Counted from the first letter of the stretch, positions 1-12,429 are shown. The stretch: 64,000 nucleotides of DNA from Eledone cirrhosa (GCA_964016885.1 CAXHJY010001290.1:17389-81388); one strand, 5' to 3'. The notes: generated by a model from the letters alone, not told the origin. Translations and numbers: made by a program.

Positions 1-59
1 GACCAGCGTTTAACACTACAACCATAACTCACTCAGAGTTACTTCCCCTAGCTGCATTA

Positions 60-720
60 AAATTCAATCACAATGCCCTCAAAAGGTGTGAAGGTCGTTG
101 TTCTTTCCCTTCGACCATATCCAGCTGGAACTCCTTTCTGCTGCTTTAGGGCTTTGGTCCTCGTCTTCCTTGGGACTCAAAGTTATTTCATGTGATTGGC
201 TCCAACCAGCTTTGACCCGGAAGTTGGTTTCCCTCAGGCTGTTGGCCAAGCTAGAGTATTTTTCGGTCTTGAACATATACTCCAGCTTGGCCAACAGCTG
301 TCTTGAACATGTGTGCTTCTTCTATTCTACTTTCAAATGGCACAGCGAGTCCAATCAAAATCAGCTGTTTTAATGAACTGATAGGGAATACGATATCTGG
401 CCTCAATTCATTCCTCCTGATGACTTATGATTTTGCCGATCCGATCTTGGGAGGTCTTCTGTACACTCCCAGTCGCCCGCACCACTCAGAAGACTCGAAC
501 TCCGCGCCCTGTATGGCGTAGCTGTTCGTGGCCATTATCTGTCTCTTGCCATATAGAATGTTAGAGGTTCTTGTGTTACTGGTTTTACTTTTGCCGTACT
601 CATCCCATGTACAATCTCCTTAAGCACTTGATTGTGTCTCCAGGTGTATCTTCCTTGGGCTTAGAGTTACTCTGCATTAGCTCAGAATGTGTTCCACTGA
701 CTGTCTACCCTGGCATATTG
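60..720 (-). mobile_element. Decayed 3' part of a non-LTR retrotransposon with restriction-like endonuclease (HERO/R2-group-like)
   Basis: Minus-strand translation LRPDIVFPISSLKQLILIGLAVPFESRIEEAHMFK...TEKYSSLA...AAERSSSWIWSK fits the RPD...P...KxxKY endonuclease signature; stops and frameshifts. Boundaries approximate. Confidence 0.7.
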
Positions 721-984
721 GGCAGTCGGGATTATCTGATTTGCCCCATTTCTCTACGTTCATAATCAAGGGTAGGAGATCATACAAAGATCTGCGGTGA
801 AACCTAATTCTAAGAGGCGCCATAAGCGCATATAAGCTATACATCAGTATATTTATGTATGTAAAAATATTTTTTGCAGCAGTTACCTCCCATTGATAAT
901 ATATTTAATTAGCACGTGTGTCAATATTTTAAAACAATTTTAGCCAGCGTTCCTATGACGTAAACGTTAAAGGATTTTCAATTA

Positions 985-1395
985 ATGGTTTCTGATTTAG
1001 GCACAAGGCCAACAATCAATGGGGAAAGGGAAAGTTCATTAAATCGACCCCAATGCATTACTGGTACTTTAAGTACTTTATTTTATCGACCCCGTAAGGA
1101 TGAAAAGCAAAGTTAACCTCGGTGGGATTTGAGCTCAGAATATAAAGGGCCATAACTCTATGCTGCTAAGCATGTTGTCCGATGCTCTACCGATACTGCC
1201 ACCCCACCGCATAATAGAGTTTCTACTTTTGGCACAAGGCCAACAATTACCCAGTGCATCACTGGTACTTTATTTTATCGACCCCGTAAGGATGAAAGGC
1301 AAAGTTAACCTCGGTGGGATTTGAATATAAAGGGCCATAACTCTATGCCGCTAAGCATGTTGTCCGACGCTCTACCGTTTCTGCCAATCCACTGC
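985..1395 (-). mobile_element. Two tandem copies of the major tRNA-derived SINE
   Basis: Family sense strand has box A (TGGCAGTATCGG), box B (GAGTTCAAATCC), core GCCTTTCATCCTTACGGGGTCGATAAAATAAAGTACCAG and 3' GCCTTGTGCC..AAGTAGAAAC. About 35 full or partial copies in the window. Confidence 0.9.
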
Positions 1396-1609
1396 ATAAT
1401 AGGATGTAATATCGAAGCAAGTGTGAACTCTATTATTCTCTTTTGTTGAATATGGTCTGTGTTATACGTATTTATTTTTTTTCCAATCTTAAGAACATCC
1501 CTTCTATTTTTCCATCTGTTTCACATTGAGCTTAATATTAAGCATTTTCGCAATTACATACTCTCCTATATGGCTCTATAGATGTGTGTGTGTGTATATA
1601 TATATATAT

Positions 1610-2206
1610 GCACCAACCGGAGGTATATGGTCTTTAAAGCGATGAAATACCAATGAAGGTTGGAAGATCACTGATGAAGGACTAAATTTATTTATGTGTA
1701 ACCCATTTGCAACCACGCAGCACGCCATGTTTTCATATTCATATATAATTTCCTCCGCTGTGACCCGTCTATTTCTTTCTTACTGCTTCCCCCTTTCACC
1801 GTATCTGTCACTTCCTTTTACCCCCTCTAACAGTCACTCTCTCTGTTAGCCTCTTCCTCACACTTTCACTCACTCACTCTCTGCTACTCCCTCTCCTACT
1901 TCCTCCCGTTTGACCTGTGCGAGATTCTTTCCTCACGCACGCTTTGACCAGGTCGGTTGTTCTTTATTCTCTCTCGTCTACGATTTCACAGAACTTATGT
2001 TCACCGATTTCAGGGACTTGACTCCTTCTTGCTCACCTTTCGTTGCATTACCATCTTTGATTGTTTACTGTCTCGCTCGTTCCCCCCTATTTACGTGTCC
2101 CAACAACTTTCTTTAGCCGTTGCTCGCACCAACCGGAGGTATATGGTCTTTAAAGCGATGAAATACCAATGAAGGTTGGAAGATCACTGATGAAGGACTA
2201 AATTTA

Positions 2207-2208
<2 letters not shown>
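1610..2208 (+). repeat. (TA)n-flanked element bounded by identical 83-bp direct repeats
   Basis: 1610-1692 equals 2126-2208; diverged third copy at about 5462-5572. Confidence 0.8.
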
Positions 2209-2268
<60 letters not shown>

Positions 2269-2280
2269 TCTGTGTGTGTG

Positions 2281-2325
<45 letters not shown>

Positions 2326-2329
<4 letters not shown>

Positions 2330-2376
2330 TCAGAAGATCCTGTTATGGGTGAAAGCAGAGATTCTTTGCTTAAACT
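2326..2376 (+). ncRNA. Hammerhead-like motif, family C (core CAGAAGA)
   Basis: agttt-CAGAAGA-helix II-GAA-agcagag/ctttgct-U-aaact. Further copies at 6432-6482, 41852-41902 and 54981-55031. Confidence 0.6.
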
Positions 2377-2387
2377 TTAATCTGTTA

Positions 2388-2431
<44 letters not shown>

Positions 2432-2433
<2 letters not shown>

Positions 2434-2753
2434 TCAAAATATTAATAAATGGATACATTCACATAATCAAATATGTTTTATTATATATATTTCGGAGATA
2501 CTGTGCTGTTTTTTCAGTACGTCCTCATCAGATAAAATACATAAATTGATGTATGACATACCTCAACTGTGCTGATGGTTCAATTCCAGTCTTGGCATAT
2601 ATAATAAAATATATATTTTGATTATGTGAATGTATCCATTTATTAATATTTTGAATAATATTAATAACTCCAGAAAACTTATTTGTTGAGTGCTTTTAAT
2701 CTATTGTAAAACTATATTCATTGTATAATCAATGAACCTTGTTTAACATTTGG

Positions 2754-2755
<2 letters not shown>
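2432..2755 (+). mobile_element. Penelope-type inverted-arm element with tail in (TA)n
   Basis: Arms about 2434-2490 and 2598-2654 are reverse complements; tail to 2755 shared with the sister copy at about 42715-42940. Confidence 0.7.
2476..2537 (-). ncRNA. Type I hammerhead ribozyme, canonical core
   Basis: ttttat-CTGATGA-gga..tactg/cagta..tcc-GAA-ATATATAT-A-ataaaa; 6-bp helix I, palindromic helix III, AUA cleavage triplet. Confidence 0.8.
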
Positions 2756-2784
<29 letters not shown>

Positions 2785-2787
<3 letters not shown>

Positions 2788-4657
2788 CCGGATAGTAAAC
2801 CAAGTCATACAGAATGGGGTCGTTCCGAAGGACTGGCGTAGCAGCATCATCATTAACTGCTACAAGGGTAAAGGAGATGCCCTAGATAGGGGTAACTATA
2901 GAGGCATTAAATTAATCGACCAGGTCATGAAGGTCACAGAAAAAGTAAAAGCGCAACTAATCAGAGAGCGAATTGATCTAGATGAAATGCAGTTCGGGTT
3001 TGTGTCAGGTAAAAGTACCACAGACGCTCTTTTCATTGTACGACAACTACAGGAGAAGTACCTAGCTAAAAGTAAACCCCTATACTTAGCTTTTGTTGAC
3101 TTGGACAAAGCCTTTGACAGAGTCCCCCGCTCCATTATCTGGTGGGCTCTTAGAAAACTAGGTGTAGATGAATGGCTTGTGAGAGCTATACAAGCCATGT
3201 ATAAAGAAACAGTCAGCAAGGTTGGAATTAACAACGAATATAGTGAAGAGCTTAGCGTAAAAGTTGGTGTTCATCAGGACTCCGTTCTTAGCCCCCTACT
3301 ATTTATTATTGCCCTTCAGGCTATAACAGAGGAGTTCAAGACCGGCTGCCCATGGGAACTTCTTTACGCAGATGATCTAATGCTCATAGCTGAATCAATG
3401 GCTGAACTAGAGAAGAAATTCCAAACATGGAAGCATGGCCTAGAATCAAAAGGCCTTAAAGTTAACTTGTCTAAGACTAAAGTTCTAGTTTGTAGGAAGG
3501 AAAATAGGGCACTGGTCCCATCTGGGAAATGGCCATGCTCAGTGTGTAGGAAAGGAGTAGGCAGAAACTCCATTTTATGTCCCAAATGCAAAGTATGGGT
3601 GCATAAAAGATGTAGTGGGATCACAGGTAAGCTAACTAAGAATATAGATTTTACTTGTGGCCGGTGCTCTGGTGCAATAAGTAACAGCAAGCTCATTCCA
3701 TTGCACAGATGGTTCTATAGAAATAGTGGACAGCTTCCGTTACCTGGGTGACAAAATCAGCAGTGGGGGAGGGTGCTCTGAAAGTACAGTAGCTAGAGTC
3801 AGAACGGGATGGAAAAAGTTCAGAGAGCTTATACCACTATTGGTCGTTAAAGGGTTCTCCCTAAAAATGAAAGGTAGGCTGTATCATGCTTGCATACGAA
3901 CAGCAATGTTGCATGGCAGTGAGACCTGGGCATTGTGTGCAGAGGAAATACGCAGACTGGAGAGGAACGAAGCTTGCATGCTCCGCTGGATGTGTAATAG
4001 TAATATACGTGAACGGCAAAGCATAAACGAACTAAGGGAGAAATTAGGAATAAGAGGGATCAGATGTTGTTTACCCGAGAGTACGTTGGTACGGTCACGT
4101 GATGCGCATGAAAGACGACAGCTGTATAAAAAAGTGCAGGGCGATAAAAATAGACGGTAGCCACAGAGTAGGCAGACCCAGAAAAACCTGGGATGACTTG
4201 ATAAATTCCTACCTCACACACTTACACCTCTCCAAGACAATGTCACTGGACCGAGATCTTTGGCGCTACACAGTAATACAGAAGACCCGCCTTGCCTAAG
4301 TACAAAGCGAAACCTACTACAGTCAGTAGGCACCTCTAACAAAATACCCCCCCCCCCCCCACACACCCTATCCACACCACCCCTTTCAATGTAAAGTTAC
4401 GTTGGTACCACAACATCCAGTCCGAAATAAATGAGGTCGTGTAGGTGTCACGACAAAAAAAAAAAACACACAGTCCACGCTGTAATGTGGCCGTGTAGGT
4501 AACACGGTAAAAACCTCCCAGTCCACACTGTAAACGTGGTTGGTGTTAGGAAGGGTATCCAGCCGTAGAAAACCCGCCAGAGCAGGACAACAAATCTTGC
4601 CTCAAGTGGGAAAACTCCCATCCAAACCCATGCAAGCGTGGAAGATGGACGTTAAAC

Positions 4658-4694
<37 letters not shown>
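2785..4694 (+). mobile_element. 5'-truncated RTE-clade LINE (reverse transcriptase, frameshifted) with (GAT)n tail
   Basis: ORFs 2750-3751, 3726-4160 and 4099-4299: NYRGIKL, QFGF, FVDLDKAFD, LSPLLF, LLYADDL, FRYLG, GRPRKTW; ends gttaaac(gat)n; starts in (TA)n. Confidence 0.93.
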
Positions 4695-4731
<37 letters not shown>

Positions 4732-4746
4732 ATGATGATGATGATG

Positions 4747-4783
<37 letters not shown>

Positions 4784-4800
4784 ATGATGATGATGATGAA

Positions 4801-4833
<33 letters not shown>

Positions 4834-5338
4834 ATATATATGATGGCTGCGATTTCGGTAATGCCATCGCTTGATTCTTAAGCATGAGCTGCAATATCAT
4901 GCATCAGAAAAAAATGTCACATATCAAGTGATACCTGAACCTGAAGCTTTTTAAAGTGAGGAAAGGCTTTGCATGGCGCCAATCCCACTCTTTGAACATC
5001 AAATGCATTTACCCAAAAAGAAGGACTGATCTACGTCACTGGGTGCAAATGAAGTCGCAGGTTTTATATCAGAGTGACCTTCTCCTAGAGAGATGTTTTA
5101 ATGAAGACTAGGAGGTCTCTCGCTCCACAAAAAAAAAAGAAGCTTTATTGGATGGCCGTTGACTCTCCTGAGTTCCCCCGCCCTTTGACAGGTTTTCTAT
5201 GTCAACTCGCTCTTCAGGGCTACTGGTAACATGTAACCCAGTACAACATGTGCATGGTCGGATCGTCGGCGACTAAACCGGCAACCCCACATAGCTTGCA
5301 TGGCGAGGAGGGTGATTTTGGACAGCCGGCGGGATATA

Positions 5339-5443
<105 letters not shown>

Positions 5444-5848
5444 TCATATATATATATATATGATTTTGAATGCGATGAAATATCAATGATGGTTGGCAAA
5501 TCACTGACGAAGGACTGATTTTATCATATGTAACCCACGTGTAACCACGCAGTATTCTTCTTTCTTCTCATGTTATATATATATATATATATATATACAT
5601 ATATATGAGGTTTGTCCCAAAAGTATGGGTACATGATGTTTTATTTAAATGTATTAGGTTGGACAGTTCTCGCAGCTTTTCAAATTTTTTTATTAACTTT
5701 TTCTCTCCAATAAACTTCTTAATATATTGAATGGTATCCTTGTATGACTCTCTCCAATAAACCTCTTAACATATAGGGTCGTATCCTTCTATGTCTCTCT
5801 CTCCAATAAATATATATATGGTTGTGTTACCAACTCATCTAAACTATT

Positions 5849-5964
<116 letters not shown>

Positions 5965-6009
5965 AGGACAATTCCCGCTCATCGACTCTCTTCTGTGGAT
6001 CACTGATAT

Positions 6010-6044
<35 letters not shown>

Positions 6045-6124
6045 TTCGTTTCTGAAAAGACACACAAACAAAATGGCGTAGGATAGAAGAAAGGAAAGGC
6101 ACAGAAACGAAGAAAGAAATCCCC

Positions 6125-6169
6125 AGTCACTGAAGAGGTCACAGAGTGTGTGACGAAAGAACTATGACT
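6125..6169 (+). ncRNA. Minimal type I hammerhead ribozyme, family B
   Basis: agtca-CTGAAGA-g-gtcaca/tgtgac-GAA-AGaaCT-A-tgact; 5-bp helix I, 6-bp helix II, very short helix III. Confidence 0.7.
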
Positions 6170-6320
6170 ATATATATATAAACAACTATCTGGTTGTGGA
6201 ACCAACCAACCAACCAGAAATTTATAAATTTGTAAATTTATAAATTTATAATAAATTAAATTGAAGTGAAAGCAACTGGTGCGTGTGTTTCTTATTGGCA
6301 ACATGACCCTCCCAAAGTAT

Positions 6321-6359
<39 letters not shown>

Positions 6360-6363
<4 letters not shown>

Positions 6364-6588
6364 TTCCTGTCTTCCTCCGGTTGCAACGTTTTTTGAAATA
6401 TTCACTTCTGCGTTTACAGATTGACTTTGTTAGTTTCAGAAGATCCCGTTAAGGGTGAAAGCAGCGATTCTTTGCTTAAACTTTAATCTGTTATTTTAAT
6501 AAATATTTGCTCTACGGTTCTTATATATTTGATATATATTTTCCTTATCGAGCCCTCTTTGGATTTTAGTCTTCAATTTTATTATTAT

Positions 6589-6592
<4 letters not shown>
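6360..6592 (+). mobile_element. Family C element (hammerhead-like motif plus tail) in (TA)n
   Basis: Near-identical to 41780-42012; tail-only fragment on minus strand at about 49175-49225. Confidence 0.75.
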
Positions 6593-6630
<38 letters not shown>

Positions 6631-6838
6631 AAGCAAGATGTGTGGTAGGTCGTACGTAAATCGCGGTGATCACGTCTAACCCATCCCTTTTACAACTCCT
6701 ACAACTATTATAAAAGAACCCCCTTAGAATATAGACCCCAGATAAACAAGCTGAGCTGTTGATATATACCACGACTTCAAACTGCTAATCTTGAGTGAAA
6801 CGTTGATGAAAATAATGACCTTACAATCACCTGTTATA

Positions 6839-6885
6839 TGCCTTGAAAAGTCCCACCATATGGTCGGACGAAACGGCTGTCGGCA
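6839..6885 (+). ncRNA. Type I hammerhead ribozyme with U3-A8 core
   Basis: tgcc-TTGAAAA-gtcc.acca/tggt.ggac-GAA-ACggctGT-C-ggca; GUC triplet, predicted cleavage after 6881. Confidence 0.75.
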
Positions 6886-7023
6886 ATAAACTTGTTATAA
6901 TGTCATAAAAGTTCCTTTGTTCTTTTTCCTTAATATATATATATATGTGTGTATGTGTGTGTGTATGTATATATATATTTATATATATATGTGTGTATGT
7001 ATATGTGTATATATATATGTATG

Positions 7024-7055
<32 letters not shown>

Positions 7056-7539
7056 TGTTCATACACACACACACGTATATATATTTATATATATATGTGT
7101 GTATGTATATGTGTATATATATATGTATATATATATATATATATGTTCATACACACACACGTACACGGACGGACGGACACTGACAACCCCCCTCCCATAT
7201 ATATATATATATTTTATAATTATAATTTTGTAATTATGAATGTAATTATCAAAATGTCAATATTATCTATATTTGTATATATTTGTGTCTATATGTTTAC
7301 TTTGTGTAACGATAGGGATTGTTCTATTGGAAAGTGTGTTTATATAGATACGTATGTTTATCGATTTTGTGTTTAGTCTATATTGAGATGGGGTGCAGTA
7401 TTTTTAATGGTGTATATATTATTTATATGTATATTATTTACGTAGCTTATTATGTTTAACTCTATTTGGGTGCAGTTTCATGTGTACATATATATGCTTA
7501 AGACCGGTTTGTGGACTAAAGCGGTTGTAAGATAACGGT

Positions 7540-8010
7540 ATTTTGTGTGTCCGGGCTTGTATTCTTCAATGCTGAGAGCTGGGGGGATCTCATATTGGGG
7601 CATCCTCTGAAAATTTCATTTTTAGTATTTAGATATTTCTAAGAGGACTTCAGATCTTGCAATATTCTAAATTCTTCGCTTAAGCAAAGTGAGCACCTAG
7701 TTGTTCCTTCCTTATAAGGACGTGATATATCCAGGATATTTCAGTTAAAGGGTTATGGAATTCCATTATTCTACAGGTCCTGTCGATTTGACAGTGTCGC
7801 GGCCGTCAACATTTCGTGATGTTTGAATGATCCGAGATGTGAGTAGTACCGTTGTTTGAACCGGTCTTGTGTCATACCTACATATCGTCATCTGCTCCCT
7901 GTCTGGTAGGTTATAGTTGGTTATAGTTGGGATGGTATTGGCTTCATAAACGACCGACTTGGTGTTACATTTTTGTTGCAGAAGAGGCATTCTTTTTATA
8001 TCCTGCATGG
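7540..8010 (-). mobile_element. Decayed Penelope-like element, GIY-YIG endonuclease remnant
   Basis: Minus strand, with frameshifts: KCNTKSVVYEA...YVGMTQDRFKQRYYSHLGSF...RCSLCLSEEFRIL...YLNTKNEIFRGCP. Confidence 0.82.
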
Positions 8011-8331
8011 ATATTCCGGTTTTACACACACACACACACAGACACACACACATATATATACACACACACATATATATACACACACATCAAGTGAAATTTT
8101 CACTAATTTTGTATTTGCTACGATATTTGCAACGATATGAATTACGATATGGAGGTTGATAAGAACAAAGAGATTAAATAGTTCAACTGTCTACATTGTA
8201 AATCATCATGGCGTCGTACGACTATCAATACATCGGTCCCTTCGCCTTAATATCACAACACTGGGACTCCAAAGTATATATATATATATGTGTATATATA
8301 TATACGTATATATATATATATATATATACAT

Positions 8332-8454
<123 letters not shown>

Positions 8455-8459
8455 TATAT

Positions 8460-8505
<46 letters not shown>

Positions 8506-8994
8506 GTGTTTGCGCGTGTAGTCTTATATAAAAGACTCATAGATTATTTCGATATTTCAATTACACCATTTATATTAGTTGGCTATTTATGTCACCGATG
8601 TTTTGTGGCGGGCCAATAAAGCAAATGCTATCGGCTCTTTTGTGTATATTGCATTTTCTTGTTGATGTATATATATACATACATATATATATATGAACTA
8701 TATATATATATATACATATATGCTTTATATACACGTTGTATTAAAATATATTAGGAGCCATTTCAATACAAACTGTTGGTGCTTTTGCTATGACAATACG
8801 AGAAAAAAATCAATGTCATAAATTTTGAAGAAGATTAATGTATAAGAAAATTCATCCATAGACCTAAAAATAAAACATGGTAGGAAGCAAAATATAAATG
8901 AGAATCTGGAAAGTATCAATAACAATTGAACAAATTTTCATTTTTAATGAAATTTACTCGAGGAGAATGAAGAGTTTTTTTATCACACAAATGA

Positions 8995-9051
<57 letters not shown>

Positions 9052-9084
9052 CATATACATATATATGTTTGTGTGTGTATATAA

Positions 9085-9136
<52 letters not shown>

Positions 9137-9148
9137 GTATATATACAT

Positions 9149-9198
<50 letters not shown>

Positions 9199-9810
9199 CC
9201 AGCTGGTGAGTCTTAATATATTGTTATAGGTGGCAGGTGTTTAAACATTCTACGTATTTATGCGAATAAGATATTCACTGTTAAAAGTTAGTATTAACAT
9301 CGAGATCTCTTTGTTGTTGCTGTTGTTGTTGTGGCTGTTGTTGTTGTTGTTGTTGTTGTTGTAATATACAGAGTGTTTATATTTGTAATATTTTGAAATA
9401 TTGATATCTGGGTTCAGAAATTGATACAAGTCTAACTTTCAGAATTTGTAACTACATAATGTTTCGGTCTGGGAGAGATGTTAGTCAGAGTTTCACGCCT
9501 CATTGAACTATAGCAGCAATCTAGTGACAACATATAATAAAATATAAGTCGTTACTCGAAAAATACCTGTTGGGAATAAAGACCCAATTCAGCTACGCAT
9601 GACCATGGTATACGTTTCTAGAAAGTTCCCCTCCGAGGCAGAAGTCCGGACATCAAAACATTGGCATTCCAATCTGGACAGACCTCACACAACCTTCAAG
9701 AAACAGCTATCTGAGGATGCTGAGTGTTATCTGAAGGACCTGCCGTAAACAATAGACGGAGGGAGAGGACGTGCCCTGGCGATCCGTTAAAACCATCACG
9801 CAAGATGTTG

Positions 9811-10590
9811 ATGATGAATAGAATAATGATTTCTACTTTAGGCACAACGCCAGCAATTACCCCAGTGCATTACTAGTACTTTATTTTATCGACCCCGTAA
9901 GGATGAAAGGCAAAGTTAACCTCGGTGGGATTTGAATATAAAGGGCTAAAACTCTATGCCGCTAAGCATGTTGTCTGACGCTCTACCGATTCTGCCAATC
10001 CACTGCATAATAGGATGTAATATCGAAGCAAGTGTGATGAACTCTATTATTCTCTTTTGTTGAATATGGTCTGTGTTATACGCATTTAATTTTTTTCTAA
10101 TCTTAAGAACATCCCTTCTATTTTTCCATCTGTTTCACATTGAGCTTAATATTAAGCATTTTCGCAATTACATACTCTCCTATATGGCTCTATAGATGTG
10201 TGCGTCCGACTCTCTACCGATACTGCCAATCCACCGCCATTTCAATACAAACTGTTGGCGCTTTTGCTATGACAATACGAGAAAAAAATCAATGTCATAA
10301 ATTTTGAAGAAGATTAATATATAAGAAAATTCATCCATAGACCTAAAATTAAAACATGATGAATAGAATAATGATTTCCAGTATAGGCACAAGGCCTATA
10401 ATTTTTTTTTTGGGGGGGGGGAGTCGATTAAATCGAGATCAGTACGTTACTGGTACTCTATTTTATCGACCTCGTAAGGATGAAAGGCAAAGCTAACCTC
10501 GGCGGGATTTGAACTCAGACCCTAAAGGGCTGTAACTGTATGCTGCAAAGCATGGTGTCCCACTCTCTACTGATACTGCCAACCCACCAT
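9811..10590 (-). mobile_element. Composite SINE locus with copied local segments
   Basis: SINEs at about 9825-10008 and 10372-10590; 9830-10202 matches 1220-1590; 10237-10358 matches 8757-8879. Confidence 0.85.
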
Positions 10591-10851
10591 AGAATAATGA
10601 ACGTGTGAACAATCATATTCATATATATATCTTTATTATATCTTTAATAATCATATCTTCAGTTTCAAAACATATTATTGAACATATATTCAAGTTTAAG
10701 CGTTATTTCATTTATATATTATATATTGTTTACCTTTCTCGACTGTAGTTGAGAACACATCACGAATCGTTTATTTCTCATACAATTATTTGAATATAAT
10801 TTAGTTGTATATACATACATACCTATACATACATACCTATATATATATATA

Positions 10852-11027
10852 TAGGAACCAGTAAGACCCAGACGGCTGAGCTCTAAATTTAGTCCAGAAT
10901 TAGCCGTCAAAACGGCTTGAGCTCAGCCTTCGGGGTCTTACTGGTTCCTATTACCCACTCTACTACCCTAAGTATTGAGTACTTTGGTGCGTTATGGTCC
11001 ACCTGGTTCCTTACCACATTTCCTTCG

Positions 11028-11030
<3 letters not shown>
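10852..11030 (+). mobile_element. Family A inverted-arm element with 3' half of a hammerhead
   Basis: Arms taggaac.../...gttccta, 80-nt tail, (TA)n both sides; family sense arm GAA-ACGGC..GCCGT-C. Other copies 34132-34305 (-), 36857-37021 (-), 37803-38119 (+), 39155-39335 (-). Confidence 0.8.
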
Positions 11031-11068
<38 letters not shown>

Positions 11069-11073
<5 letters not shown>

Positions 11074-11572
11074 CAACTAGAAATTGATTAACATATAAAT
11101 AAAGATATGAAACAACCACAGGGGATAATTTTTACAAGTGTGTAAGCACACATAGCTAGGTAGGTAACTAAATAAAGTTAACTAGAACTTCAAAAATAGA
11201 TACTTTATAATATGATTAATCTTCCCTGTATATATTCCATTAAAGAAATATATTTCACCAATTAATCGAATGGTAAACCACAGATACCGATACTTGGATT
11301 TTCAACAAGATTGATCATATTATAAGGTATCTATTTTTGAAGTTCTAGTTAACTTTATTTAGCTATGTGTGCTTACACCCTTGTAAAAATTATCCCCTGT
11401 GATTGTTTCGTATCTTTATTTATATGTTAATCAATTTCTAGTTGTTATAAAATGCTCGGACCTATTCATTAGAATCTTGGGGCTTATTTCACGGGTGATA
11501 TGGCGTATGCCTTTCTGGCATGACACCCATAATTTTGATTTAGATTAAATTCATTTTGATTTATCTTAATTT

Positions 11573-11574
<2 letters not shown>
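11069..11574 (+). mobile_element. Inverted-arm element with tail in (TA)n
   Basis: Arms 11069-11223 and 11307-11449 are imperfect reverse complements; about 125-nt tail. Confidence 0.75.
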
Positions 11575-11657
<83 letters not shown>

Positions 11658-11659
11658 GT

Positions 11660-11691
<32 letters not shown>

Positions 11692-11710
11692 GTGTATATA
11701 TATATATATA

Positions 11711-11761
<51 letters not shown>

Positions 11762-11788
11762 ATGTATATATGTATATATATGTGTGTG

Positions 11789-11898
<110 letters not shown>

Positions 11899-12174
11899 TA
11901 CACATATATGTATATATATATACATAGATAGATATATACATATGTATATATATATATATGTATATATATATATGTATATATATATATATACATAGATAGA
12001 TATATACATATCTATATATACATATTTATATATACTTGTATATGATAAATATATATATATTGAACATTGAAAATAAAACAAAAGGCGAAGATAGGTACTT
12101 AAATAGTCCATTGTTTTATGATCGTTTCAGAATGTTGATTGATCATGATAAATCGATACATTGACTTATTGATC

Positions 12175-12258
<84 letters not shown>

Positions 12259-12429
12259 CACACACACATATATATATATATACACACACATAACTGACTG
12301 TGATTTCGTAATTACAAATGAATAAGCAGTCGATATGCAAACATAGATGTAATATATTATGTTTAATACATACTAACTAAGCATAAATCTTGTAGAATAT
12401 TCAGTGTTTCAATCTCAAATCAATCATTA

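Noticed and set aside
1629-1683. Twister ribozyme or C/D-box snoRNA interpretation of the hairpin
   Set aside because: Lacks the twister L4 pseudoknot partners and a box C-to-D arrangement; kept only as an unexplained hairpin.
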